Source: Candidatus Poribacteria bacterium
GTDB taxonomy: Bacteria; Poribacteria; WGA-4E; WGA-3G
Length of the DNA stretch: 64,000 nucleotides
Direction of reading: 5' to 3'
NCBI GenBank assembly: GCA_965214095.1
Contig: OZ243938.1
Location: forward strand, 640,001-704,000
The notes under the pieces were generated by a model. That model searched no databases, was not told where the DNA came from, and worked only from the letters and a program-made list of their open reading frames with translations. Below, piece by piece: positions 20,915 through 30,918 of this stretch. The stretch's first letter is position 1. Each line of letters opens with the position of its first letter. The translations under genes and the position numbers were made by a program.

Positions 20915-22267
20915 ATGACGAAATTATTTCCATTACTACTAATTGTTCTAATAACAGTTGGTTGTGCCGGTTACAAATTTGAAAAAGTTGAAAATGGTTT
21001 AGAATCTGGCAAACCATCCGTTGCTTATAATTACCTTAAGAAAAATTCTCCCAAAAAACCTGATATACCCCATCAATTTGAATTAGGGTTGACCGGACAT
21101 TATGCTAATCTATTCACAGAAAGCAGCAAAGTGTTTGACTTGGCACAAGACATTGCAGAAGAACGATTTACAAAAAGTGTGTCGGTAGAAGCTTTATCAC
21201 TTGTTACTTCTGATCAACTACGACCATACCCTAGCACAAAATATGAGAGGCTACTGAGTCACTATTACAGTATCCTAAATTATATCTATGATGGAAGTCT
21301 TGAGGGAGCAGTCGTTGAATGCAAGCAGGCTACAAATCTAATTCAATATTTCAAAGGAGAAGAGAAAGACTACAACTATTTTGCAACAGGATTTCTCGCA
21401 CACTTATGTGCAATGGTCTTTGAAGCAGCCGGAGAACTGAATGATGCATTTATTTCATATAAACAAGCTGCAGAATACTATAAACACGCCTCCAGATACA
21501 CAAGTGTTGCGCCGCCTGTAGATGTTGGCCACTCATTAGTTCGTGTATCTCAAAAACTCGGATTTACAGACGAATATGAACGTTTTCGCAAACAGTACGG
21601 TGATACGCCTCAGCAACCTGAAAACTACGGTGAGTTGATACTCTTTTATGAAACTGGGTTTGTCCCTCGCAAGATAGAAGAGTCATTGACTTTTCCAATT
21701 TTAACTACAGATAGATTTGGTGAAAAAGATAACAAAGATAGCATGAAGTTTGCACGAACATTGAGAACACGAGAAGGTATGGTAGTGGAAGAGATAAAAT
21801 TAGAATATCTTCTACGGGTTGCCATGCCAACAATTCGATCAAAACGTCCGAAATTTGCTGGAATACAAGTATCGGTTGGTGATCATACCGCACAAGGCGT
21901 GTTGATAGAAGATGTTGAGAATATGGCGATTGAAACCCTCAATGCACAACGCACCATTATACTTATTCGTACATTAGCACGCGCTTTAGGTAAATATCTT
22001 TTATTTCGTGAAGCAAAAAAGAAAAGTACAGCATTAGGAATTGTCGCAAACCTCGCAGGTGTTCTCACCGAAAGTGCAGATACGCGATCTTGGCAAACAC
22101 TACCAAATCAGATATACATGGTACGGATGCCACTTCCTGCAGGAAATCATAGGCTAAAACTATCGTTTTTGAATGCTGCTGGAAATGTTAGAAGAAGCAA
22201 TCCTAACATTGAAGTGCAGATAAACCCAAATCAGATTTCCTTTCTAAATTACCGAACTTATGACTAA
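20915..22267 (+). CDS. COG3014-like lipoprotein (partner of LpoB-like gene)
   Basis: Lipobox TVGC; YE, AVVE, G.VP, ADTRSWQTLP motifs. Confidence 0.75.
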   Translation: MTKLFPLLLIVLITVGCAGYKFEKVENGLESGKPSVAYNYLKKNSPKKPDIPHQFELGLTGHYANLFTESSKVFDLAQDIAEERFTKSVSVEALSLVTSDQLRPYPSTKYERLLSHYYSILNYIYDGSLEGAVVECKQATNLIQYFKGEEKDYNYFATGFLAHLCAMVFEAAGELNDAFISYKQAAEYYKHASRYTSVAPPVDVGHSLVRVSQKLGFTDEYERFRKQYGDTPQQPENYGELILFYETGFVPRKIEESLTFPILTTDRFGEKDNKDSMKFARTLRTREGMVVEEIKLEYLLRVAMPTIRSKRPKFAGIQVSVGDHTAQGVLIEDVENMAIETLNAQRTIILIRTLARALGKYLLFREAKKKSTALGIVANLAGVLTESADTRSWQTLPNQIYMVRMPLPAGNHRLKLSFLNAAGNVRRSNPNIEVQINPNQISFLNYRTYD

Positions 22268-22284
22268 GTCACTTGACCACATAA

Positions 22285-22499
22285 TAGTGAATTATAAAAT
22301 TAGTAGTCGCGCAATTCATTGCGCCTCTTACATTCACAGGTATGTGAGGTTACTAATACCAATCAAAAAAAAAATGAATGTGCATAAAGAAAAAGATTGT
22401 TCGTAGTCGCGCAATTCATTGCGCCTCTTACATTCACAGGTATGCAAGGTTTACTAACATCGCCTAAGCAGAGTGTTCAAATAATTTCAAAATCTACTA
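22285..22499. mobile_element. TAGT-type MITE region with two direct copies of the GTAGTCGCGC REP
   Basis: Imperfect TIR TAGTGAATTATAAAATTA / TAATTTCAAAATCTACTA; REPs at 22303 and 22403. Confidence 0.65.
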
Positions 22500-22525
22500 T
22501 ATTATAGATTTCGTGGACAAAAAAA

Positions 22526-23686
22526 ATGCAACGTATTTACCTTGATTACAACGCCACTACACCTCTCCGGCCTGAAGTCCGTGATGCAATGATGCCATAT
22601 CTTACCGAGGCATTTGGAAACGGTTCAAGCATACATGCTTATGGACGTGAAGCACGCAATGCTATTGACACCGCAAGGGAGCAAGTTGCTGAACTCATCG
22701 GTGCTAAGAGTCCAAGTGAAATTATCTTCACAGGGAGTGGCACAGAAGCAGACAACCACGCCATCAAAGGACTTACGGAACTACAAAAAAGTCGTGGAGA
22801 AGGCAACCACATCATCACCTCTTCCGTTGAACATCATGCAGTTTTACATACATGTCAATATCTGGAACAACGCGGTTATGAAATAACTTACCTTCCTGTA
22901 GACCGATATGGTCGAATCAATCCTGATCAATTACGTACCGCTATACGAGATACTACAATTCTGTTCTCGATTATGCATGTCAACAATGAAAATGGTACAG
23001 TCCAACCGTTGGAAACGATCTGCCAAATAGCACAAGAACACGAGATCCCAGTTCATACTGATGCGGTTCAATCAATTGGGAAATTGGAAATTGATGTACA
23101 GGAAATGGGTGTTAATCTCTTATCTCTATCAGGACACAAAATCTATGCTCCCAAAGGTATCGGTGTCCTCTACATCCGTCGTGGTACCAGATTAGCAAAT
23201 CTCGTCCATGGTGGATCACACGAAAGGAATAGACGTGCCGGTTCAGAGAACGTTCCTGCTATTGTTGGTCTTGGTGTCGCTGCTGAACTTGCGAAACTGG
23301 AGCGCGACAATTATAATCAGCATCTCAATAAACTAACGCTTAGGTTACGTGATGGACTTGACGCACACATTGATCGTTTACACTATAACGGACATCCTGA
23401 ACACTGTGTCCCAGGAACACTGAATGTCTCTTTTGAAGCCGTTGAGGGTGAAAGTCTTATCTTGCGTTTAGATATGGAAGGCGTTTGTGTCTCAACAGGA
23501 TCAGCATGCACTTCAGGTTCTATGGAACCTTCACATGTGCTCGCAGCACTTGGATTACCACCCAGATTAGCGCAGGGTACTGTTCGGTTTTCTCTCGGTA
23601 GAAACACTACAGAACAGGAAATTGACACCGTGATAGCAAAATTACCAAAGGTCATTAAACAGATGCGAACCTTGTATCGTGGTTAG
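22526..23686 (+). CDS. iscS: Cysteine desulfurase (IscS/NifS group I)
   Basis: IYLDYNATTP, VEHHAV, HTDAVQ, SGHKIY, STGSACTS motifs. Confidence 0.93.
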   Translation: MQRIYLDYNATTPLRPEVRDAMMPYLTEAFGNGSSIHAYGREARNAIDTAREQVAELIGAKSPSEIIFTGSGTEADNHAIKGLTELQKSRGEGNHIITSSVEHHAVLHTCQYLEQRGYEITYLPVDRYGRINPDQLRTAIRDTTILFSIMHVNNENGTVQPLETICQIAQEHEIPVHTDAVQSIGKLEIDVQEMGVNLLSLSGHKIYAPKGIGVLYIRRGTRLANLVHGGSHERNRRAGSENVPAIVGLGVAAELAKLERDNYNQHLNKLTLRLRDGLDAHIDRLHYNGHPEHCVPGTLNVSFEAVEGESLILRLDMEGVCVSTGSACTSGSMEPSHVLAALGLPPRLAQGTVRFSLGRNTTEQEIDTVIAKLPKVIKQMRTLYRG

Positions 23687-23715
23687 TATTCTGTCTACCT
23701 TTATTTTAAAGGTAA

Positions 23716-23918
23716 TACCATTTCTGAAAAATAACTTCTCATTAAGAAAGGAACCGTTCGTAGTCGCGCAATTCATTGCGCCTCTTACATTCTCTATTTT
23801 AAGTTATACCATTTCTAATAGAAAACGCCGCATTTTTGTAGCACAAACTGCCAGTTTGTGCAGTCCTTCAAGACATTCTTAACAAATGTTAATGGGATAA
23901 ACATTTATAGAAATGGTA
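23716..23918. mobile_element. Two abutting TACCA-type MITEs: a truncated one with GTAGTCGCGC REP and copy 2 of the 112-bp element (23807-23918)
   Basis: TACCATTTC at 23716 and 23807; REP at 23760; TAGAAATGGTA ends 23918. Confidence 0.8.
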
Positions 23919-23935
23919 TTACATTCATCAAAAAT

Positions 23936-26563
23936 CTAATACTTTGCTTTCCTCGGATTCCAAAATGCACAGATAATCGCAGTAATCGGTATTGCTAATA
24001 CCAAACCAAGTGTCCCCGCAAGTAACCTCACAATCTCTGCTGATACAACACCTAAGCTTAACATCTGTACCGTAGGTGCTAAAAATAATTCATGACTTTC
24101 AGTCGTAATCGTCATTATCAGTAACAATTCAACGCCAAGATATGCGAATACAAGCGTATTGATCATTGTTCCAAGAATATCAGTCCCTACATTGAGACCA
24201 GAAGTAATCAATCGCCAGGTAGGCATGTTCGGATTTGCTCGGCGTATTTCCTCCATACTTGATGCTACCTCAATTGCCCCATCTACAGCAACTCCTAACA
24301 CACCCATTAACATACCTGCTATCAATAGTTGGACAAATACAAACGGTGGATTACGCGTTGCTTCAACAATATCTGCAGCAATCGCAGTTTCTAAGCCAGT
24401 AAAATGCAATTGGTTTTGTGCAAAGAGCAGGATGAGACCTGCAACGAGAATGCCACCCATTGTGCCAAGTACTGCTGAAAAAGTCTTACGGCTTGGGCCA
24501 ATAACAAAAACCAAAGAAACAAATGCTACTACGCCAGATGTCAATGTAACTACAAGCACTGCATTCATTCCTTGTGAAATCAGCGGAAGCATAAAGTAAT
24601 AGATCACTGCACCTGAGATTATCATGGCACATACGGTACGGATACCTTCCATTCTACCGACAAGGATGATAAGCAGAAACATTCCGCCAACAAACCAAAT
24701 CAGAAACCTATCCCGACCGTATTCCTGTACAATGTTTACCAGACCAATCTGTTCTGGATCGCCACTGACCTTACACACAACTATATCCCCCGGTTCTGCT
24801 GGAATACTCAACAATGGCATACCGTGATTGACAACGTTACGTAATATCAGATGCTTTCCTTTATACATTCCACCCAGTATCTCTACTTCAACCACATGAT
24901 TCTCTGATTCTGAGTCATATACATTCAATGTATTAGTCCCGTCTTGACTCATACGAATACTAAATGTCTGTTCATATTCTGGATCGGAGATCAGCCACCG
25001 ACTGTCTTTCCAAGGTTTAATTGAAACTGTTGACTTTTCTGACAAAGAAAATTGGTTATCTACGAATGCTTGTTCTAATTCTGATGGCACAATTTTTCTG
25101 TCCAAGATATCTGCATTTGATACGTCAATGGAGAACAGGAATAACCCCGTAGATTCAACTAATCGTAATACTCTTCCCTTTACATATTCCTGTTTTGATG
25201 CCAGTTGTCCTTGTTCGTCGTGCACTTCTGATATCGTAGCAGACATGCCTTGAATTCGAAAATAGAGCACAGTTGTAACAATTAGAACGAGTATCATCGC
25301 CAATGGCACTGCGGTGCGTTTAGAAAAGATAGATCGACCACCATGCGCGCTTTCGTCTCCAAATAACTCTTCCAATTCTTCTTCTGTTGGTATGTTCTCA
25401 TGGATTTCTGATCTTTGGACTTTAGTATATTTCGTGAGGAAACCAGCAACAGTCGCTGCAATTGGCACAGTCAGGACTAAGCCGATAGTTCCAACTACTG
25501 CTTGGATAATCGCAACTGTTGTTGTTTCTTCGTTGACTAAACGTAAAAATGGATACAATATACCTGCCTCTGGAAAATCAATACGCGGCAGTAACATCGT
25601 AATCATGTGTGCACCCAAATACGCAAAGATAAGCGTATCTGCCATCGTTCCCATAATATCCCGACCAACATTCAAACCCGCACGTATTGATTGACGCACC
25701 GTGATATTCGGATTTACTTGTTTTACCTCATGCACACTTGAGGAGATAGACATACTGACATCCATCATCGCCCCAACCGCACCTAAAATGATACCAGCAG
25801 AGAGTATTCCTGTGAAATTCCAATGATGTGAGCCTGCTGTCCTCCACAAAGCCAATCCAAGTTCCAAATAACCAAACTCTTGTGCTAATCCTGTTAATGC
25901 CATCACATGTTGACTGATAATTGAAAGCACGCCAACAGCAGTTAAACCACCCAGAGTACCAAGCACGCCGGAGATAACTTTATAACTAAATCCTGTAATG
26001 AAGAGAAATGTTACGAATGTAAGGAACGATGCAATGAGTAGTGCCACCATAATCGGGTTGTATCCACGCATCATTAATGGTACAAGAAGGTAAATGACTG
26101 ATAGTGCCGTAACAAACAGTGTCAATATAGCTCGCACACCTTTCATGCCAGCCACAAGTATCATCATGATACATAATGCACCAGCAAGATACAGTAGAAA
26201 AGGTGTTCGAAAGTAATCCCCAATGGAGACAGAATAAATTGTAGGATTATTAGGATCTCTGATCTGAATATCAAGGTAAACGATATCGTCTTTGCTAAAC
26301 ACACGATCACTATATTGACGACCATACCAGATATTATTTACCTTAACAGTTTCACCGCGAAATTCCCCAGAGAGAACACGTAATGTAAGTATTTGATCGA
26401 TGTCACCCCCTGTATCAATATCTGTCACCTTACCCAAACAGACCAAAATCTGCAATGCACCCTGTTCTGTCATAGCGGCAAAACTATACAGTTTGAAATG
26501 TAGGAATATAACACCAAACAGGATTAAGAGAATTCCGATGATTCTTATATATGATTCGCGCAT
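23936..26563 (-). CDS. YibE/F family membrane protein with two YibE/F units
   Basis: GAVGAMMDVSMSISS..GLNVGRDIMGTM..TLIFAY repeated as GVLGVAVDGAIEVASS..GLNVGTDILGTMINTLVFAY. Confidence 0.88.
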   Translation of the reverse strand: MRESYIRIIGILLILFGVIFLHFKLYSFAAMTEQGALQILVCLGKVTDIDTGGDIDQILTLRVLSGEFRGETVKVNNIWYGRQYSDRVFSKDDIVYLDIQIRDPNNPTIYSVSIGDYFRTPFLLYLAGALCIMMILVAGMKGVRAILTLFVTALSVIYLLVPLMMRGYNPIMVALLIASFLTFVTFLFITGFSYKVISGVLGTLGGLTAVGVLSIISQHVMALTGLAQEFGYLELGLALWRTAGSHHWNFTGILSAGIILGAVGAMMDVSMSISSSVHEVKQVNPNITVRQSIRAGLNVGRDIMGTMADTLIFAYLGAHMITMLLPRIDFPEAGILYPFLRLVNEETTTVAIIQAVVGTIGLVLTVPIAATVAGFLTKYTKVQRSEIHENIPTEEELEELFGDESAHGGRSIFSKRTAVPLAMILVLIVTTVLYFRIQGMSATISEVHDEQGQLASKQEYVKGRVLRLVESTGLFLFSIDVSNADILDRKIVPSELEQAFVDNQFSLSEKSTVSIKPWKDSRWLISDPEYEQTFSIRMSQDGTNTLNVYDSESENHVVEVEILGGMYKGKHLILRNVVNHGMPLLSIPAEPGDIVVCKVSGDPEQIGLVNIVQEYGRDRFLIWFVGGMFLLIILVGRMEGIRTVCAMIISGAVIYYFMLPLISQGMNAVLVVTLTSGVVAFVSLVFVIGPSRKTFSAVLGTMGGILVAGLILLFAQNQLHFTGLETAIAADIVEATRNPPFVFVQLLIAGMLMGVLGVAVDGAIEVASSMEEIRRANPNMPTWRLITSGLNVGTDILGTMINTLVFAYLGVELLLIMTITTESHELFLAPTVQMLSLGVVSAEIVRLLAGTLGLVLAIPITAIICAFWNPRKAKY

Positions 26564-26592
26564 ATTTTATTTAAGAAGAAATATCGTATATA

Positions 26593-26726
26593 TAGTAAAA
26601 ATCATAATTATTTACACACGACGGTAGGTTCGGTTTCCTAACCGAACCGGTGTTTGTTCAGTCTCATAGATGCGGTTAGGAAACCGCATCTACCGGGGAG
26701 TGTGAACGTATTTTTACATTTCACTA
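26593..26726. mobile_element. TA-flanked TAGT-type MITE carrying an inverted GTAGG..CGGTTTCCTAACCG REP pair
   Basis: TA|TAGTAAAAAT...ATTTCACTA|TA; REPs at 26624 and inverted copy ending 26693. Confidence 0.8.
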
Positions 26727-26981
26727 TAGATAATACCATGCCTCGGACATTCATAGTAGTAGGCACACTCCGAGTGCCGTTCTTCATTGCTAATGATTTA
26801 TCAAAATTAATTCGTTAACCAATGTTGTTTTAGCAAATATTGTGCCATACAAGGAATTCAATCATATCAACAACTACCACCCTTTCATACATAATTTCAT
26901 GCACGTAAAGGTGCATACAGAAAATATAAAGCACATAATGGGGCAGGTTCCGAAACAAAGAAAGTCGGTGTGAGGTAATTT

Positions 26982-28850
26982 TCAGAGATTCTTTCGTATG
27001 TTTTCAGCAACGTTACGTGGTATGCCTTTCACTGAGAGAAGTTCGTCCAAACTCGCCTTCCGAATTGCATCTATTGAACCAAATTGTTGTAGTAATGCCT
27101 GCTTCCGTTTTGGCCCGATGTTAGGTATTTCATCAAGAACAGAGTCACTCAAGGCTTTATGCCTGAGTTTTCTGTGATATGTGATTGCAAATCGGTGTGC
27201 TTCATCCCTTAACCTTTGAATTAGATGTAACGTTGGATTGTCCTCCCGCAAAACAATTGGGTCAGGATTCCCCGGAACAAATATTTCTTCAATCCGCTTT
27301 GCTAAGGCAATCAGAGGGATTTGCGTTGGAACTGGATCAATTTTCGATTCTGAAAACGGTTTGAGTGCAGTTTGAACTGCATTCAATTGTCCTTTTCCAC
27401 CATCAATCAACATTAAATCCGGTAACTTACTAAATTTTTTATCGTCTGTCTCTGCGCGACGAAAACGACGTGTGATGACTTCCTGCATCATTGCATAGTC
27501 ATTCTGTCCAACAACATCTTTTATACGAAACTGACGATATTCACTGTTAGCAGGCTTTCCGTCTTCCAAAACAACCATTGAACCGACTGCATATCTATCA
27601 CCCAGATTAGAAATATCATAAGCCTCAATTCGTCTCAGCGGATGACTAATCTCAAGCAATTCCTGCAATTCCACCAATGCTGGATCAACATCACTACTTA
27701 ACACCACACTCTGTTCACGCTGCATAAGCAATACTTCAGCGTTTTTCATTGCCAAAGTCTGCAACCTTCTTAACCGACCTGCTTTTGCTACATGCAGTGA
27801 GACTTTATTTCCGCGCTTCTCACTGAGCCATTTTTCAATCAGTTCAACAGATTCAACCTGCCTTGGTAGCACAATCGTTTTGGGAACAAGCACAGCATTT
27901 TGATAATATTGTGAAACAAATGCACTGATGGCAGTTGGTATCTGTTCTGCATGTACATCATTTAAATAATAATGTTCCCGATCAAGCAGTTTTCCATCTC
28001 TAACATGTAAAACTTGCACACAGGCGACATCACCCAAACGGCTTTGCAGGTCATGCTGAAAAGCAGTTGCAATGCCTATCACATCCTCATCAACAGCAGA
28101 CACATTATCAAGACTTTGCTGTGATGAAACTGCTTGTTGGACATCGTTTAGCATGTCTCTATATTTCGCAGCAACTTCAAAATCAAGCGATTTTGCTGCA
28201 TCTTTCATTTGTTGCTTCAATTCTTTGACAACGGAGCCTGTGTTTCCTCCTAAGAATTGGCAAACTTTCTGAACGATCTTCTTATATTCTTGAACGTTTA
28301 TCAGATTAGCACACGGAGCTGGACACCTGCCAATATGATAGTCAAGACATGCACGATATTTGTTATTTATTTCTTCAAGAGGTAGCGTGCAGGTGCGGAT
28401 AGGAAAAAGTTTCGTCAACTGTTTGAGAACTTGTCGCGTGGAACGCACACGAACAAACGGACCAAAATATCGTGTTCCATCAGTGTCAGTTTTACGCGTT
28501 ATCATGATGCGTGGAAACGGTTCGTTTGTGGTGACACGGAGAAATGGATATCGTTTATCATCTTTCAGTTTTACATTGTATCGTGGTTGATGCGACTTAA
28601 TCAGATTGTTTTCAAGTATTAATGCTTCAATCTCATTACTCGTGACGATATAGTCTACCTCTATAACATACCGCATCATCTGGGCAGCAAGAGGGTTGTC
28701 AGTTAAGCCACTTTGCTGGAAATAGGAGCGAACACGGTTCCGTAGATTAACCGCTTTGCCAATGTAAATGGGTGAACCATCAGAGGCTTTCATCAGATAA
28801 ACCCCTGGTGCGTTAGGTAGAGATTGCCACATTTTTCCCTGATTTTCCAT
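26982..28850 (-). CDS. uvrC: Excinuclease ABC subunit C
   Basis: PGVYLM..YIGKAVNLRNRVRSYF GIY-YIG domain, RIEAYDISN, DGGKGQ, RDEAHRFA, HhH. Confidence 0.98.
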   Translation of the reverse strand: MENQGKMWQSLPNAPGVYLMKASDGSPIYIGKAVNLRNRVRSYFQQSGLTDNPLAAQMMRYVIEVDYIVTSNEIEALILENNLIKSHQPRYNVKLKDDKRYPFLRVTTNEPFPRIMITRKTDTDGTRYFGPFVRVRSTRQVLKQLTKLFPIRTCTLPLEEINNKYRACLDYHIGRCPAPCANLINVQEYKKIVQKVCQFLGGNTGSVVKELKQQMKDAAKSLDFEVAAKYRDMLNDVQQAVSSQQSLDNVSAVDEDVIGIATAFQHDLQSRLGDVACVQVLHVRDGKLLDREHYYLNDVHAEQIPTAISAFVSQYYQNAVLVPKTIVLPRQVESVELIEKWLSEKRGNKVSLHVAKAGRLRRLQTLAMKNAEVLLMQREQSVVLSSDVDPALVELQELLEISHPLRRIEAYDISNLGDRYAVGSMVVLEDGKPANSEYRQFRIKDVVGQNDYAMMQEVITRRFRRAETDDKKFSKLPDLMLIDGGKGQLNAVQTALKPFSESKIDPVPTQIPLIALAKRIEEIFVPGNPDPIVLREDNPTLHLIQRLRDEAHRFAITYHRKLRHKALSDSVLDEIPNIGPKRKQALLQQFGSIDAIRKASLDELLSVKGIPRNVAENIRKNL

Positions 28851-28857
28851 GATTGTA

Positions 28858-29472
28858 TTATCTACCTATTAGTTTGACTTTGGCATAAATTGCTCGGAGT
28901 GCCAATTGACACTCAATAGATGCATTTATCATCACATCATTAAGAGAACGGTATTCCATTAATTTCCAATCCTCCTCTTGTCGTATATACTGTTCCACAC
29001 AGACATCGGACTGAGAAACAAGGATATATTCCTGTAAGGATTCAAGTGTTTGATAGGAATAAAATTTGCCGCGTCTATCATAATCCTCTGTTGAAGGCGA
29101 AAGCACCTCTACAACAACAGTTGGATTTAGTAAAGTATCAAAGTGTCCATCTTCAAAACGTGGTTCATCACACACAACGATTACATCTGGATAAGTGTAT
29201 AAACCACTATCACTTACTTTTACACGCATATCGTTTGTGTAAACTTCACATGTTTTATCCAAAAGTTGGATATGTAAGCCACTGGACACATTGACTGTAA
29301 TCAAATTATGATCACGACTCGCACCAGGCATCATAACAATCTGCCCGTTTCGGTATTCGCTTTTGAATTCAGCTTCCCGTTCCAAAATAATGTATTCTTC
29401 GGGTGTCAGTAGTTTTTTTTCTGGGATAGCAGACACTGTTTTCTCCTGATCACATCTTACCGTAGACAGCAC
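28858..29472 (-). CDS. Uma2 (DUF820) family endonuclease-like protein; true start probably near 29439
   Basis: KSEYRNG..M.GAS..H, YTYPDVIVVC, VVEVLSPSTEDYDR..KF motifs. Confidence 0.92.
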   Translation of the reverse strand: MLSTVRCDQEKTVSAIPEKKLLTPEEYIILEREAEFKSEYRNGQIVMMPGASRDHNLITVNVSSGLHIQLLDKTCEVYTNDMRVKVSDSGLYTYPDVIVVCDEPRFEDGHFDTLLNPTVVVEVLSPSTEDYDRRGKFYSYQTLESLQEYILVSQSDVCVEQYIRQEEDWKLMEYRSLNDVMINASIECQLALRAIYAKVKLIGR

Positions 29473-30148
29473 GGTAGATTTTACGACCTTCTAATTGATA
29501 CTTATTTTCAAAGTTGGTTGTAATGTGCTGGTAATCATCTGTCTCATGTGAAACAGGTTTTAAATCTATCTGTTGAGCAAGACGTCCTTGGATTTCATCA
29601 AAATACTCTGCATAATCTGTAACCACATACAATCTACCACTATCCAATGACAACGTGCTTGACATTGCATCAAGAAATTCTCTATTTCGGAAGATTCGTC
29701 TTTTCTGCTGACGTACTTTTGGCCACGGATCGGGAAAATAGACATGGTATGCTTTTATTGAATTATCTGGTACATATCGCGAAAGAAAGTAATTTGCATC
29801 AGTCCATACAAGCCGAACATTCCCAAAAACACCTGAGTTTTTATCTACTGCGTAATGTCGTATGTATTTACGAAACCTTTGCCGTGTAAGTTCAACATAC
29901 TTTTGCGCGCGTTCAACACCTATAAAGTTAACATCAGCATACTGCTTTGAAGCCTCCAGAAGAAACCTGCCTTTACCAAATCCGACCTCAACTTCTACTG
30001 GATTTGTGTTGCCAAATAGGTCCTGCAAGTCAATTGGAGAGGACACTTCATTTAAAGAGATTGCATTGTCTTGCACAACGTCTATTATCTGCGAGTGTGA
30101 AGTTGTGCGTTGATAGAATAAGTCGTTATAACGTGGTTCTGCATTCAT
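29450..30148 (-). CDS. trmB: tRNA (guanine-N7)-methyltransferase
   Basis: VEVGFGKG, FIGVE, YFPDPWPK..KRR, VTD, TNFE motifs. Confidence 0.92.
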   Translation of the reverse strand: MNAEPRYNDLFYQRTTSHSQIIDVVQDNAISLNEVSSPIDLQDLFGNTNPVEVEVGFGKGRFLLEASKQYADVNFIGVERAQKYVELTRQRFRKYIRHYAVDKNSGVFGNVRLVWTDANYFLSRYVPDNSIKAYHVYFPDPWPKVRQQKRRIFRNREFLDAMSSTLSLDSGRLYVVTDYAEYFDEIQGRLAQQIDLKPVSHETDDYQHITTNFENKYQLEGRKIYRAVYGKM

Positions 30149-30906
30149 GACTTATTAGTGATAAATTTATGTTGATGCGTCTTAATCAAGTTATCCTGCG
30201 GTTCATATCCTAACACATCAACCGCACCGCTGATGTCTAAATAACTCTGCTGGTATCCATCCGAATTTGCTGAACGTCCGTAGGTAATCAGATATTTGAC
30301 AGGTCCGTCATAGTCAACCGCTAACCTAAACAGTTGCTCACAATCACGTGGTGTGAGAAGTGTGCTGCAGTGTCGGATTCCATTCGGTTCATAAGTGCCG
30401 TTGAAACTACCGATACGTATACTGATAAACCGCATATTATATGCGTCTACGAGATAACGTCCAGCAATCTCAGCCATACCTTTCATCGCACCATACCAGC
30501 CATCAGGTCGGAATTGGTCACCCGTTGAAAATCGAGGTGGCGAACTTAATCTTTCATTCCAACCGGATACATGATTAGTACTTGCATAGACTATTTTCTG
30601 AATTCCACCTTCTCGTGCAGCCTCAAATATGTTCATTGAAACGTCAATGTCGTTAACATCCTCCGGTGAATTAACAGGGGAACTTTGATGGAGATAAGCC
30701 AGATGCACCAATACATCTTGATCTCTACATAACCTTTTCATCTCAGAATAATCTCTGATGTCTGCCATTGCTACCTGACTATTTGAACTTTGAATCGGTT
30801 TGATATCCAATAAGGTTAATGTATAGTTATCTTGTTTTTCCCATGCTTGCCAGAGCGTTGTACCAACCGTCCCCGCTGCACCTGTGATAAGTACTCTTTG
30901 TTTCAT
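30145..30906 (-). CDS. NAD-dependent epimerase/dehydratase (uronate dehydrogenase-like)
   Basis: VLITGAAGTVG, YASTNHV, PDGWYGAMK, IRIGS motifs. Confidence 0.85.
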   Translation of the reverse strand: MKQRVLITGAAGTVGTTLWQAWEKQDNYTLTLLDIKPIQSSNSQVAMADIRDYSEMKRLCRDQDVLVHLAYLHQSSPVNSPEDVNDIDVSMNIFEAAREGGIQKIVYASTNHVSGWNERLSSPPRFSTGDQFRPDGWYGAMKGMAEIAGRYLVDAYNMRFISIRIGSFNGTYEPNGIRHCSTLLTPRDCEQLFRLAVDYDGPVKYLITYGRSANSDGYQQSYLDISGAVDVLGYEPQDNLIKTHQHKFITNKS

Positions 30907-30918
30907 CTATTTCTTCAC

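Noticed and set aside
22303-22445. Two direct ~40-bp repeats resembling a mini CRISPR array
   Set aside because: Only two units; the same motif is dispersed at 10653, 18081 and 23760 inside MITEs; no cas genes. It is a REP-like repeat.
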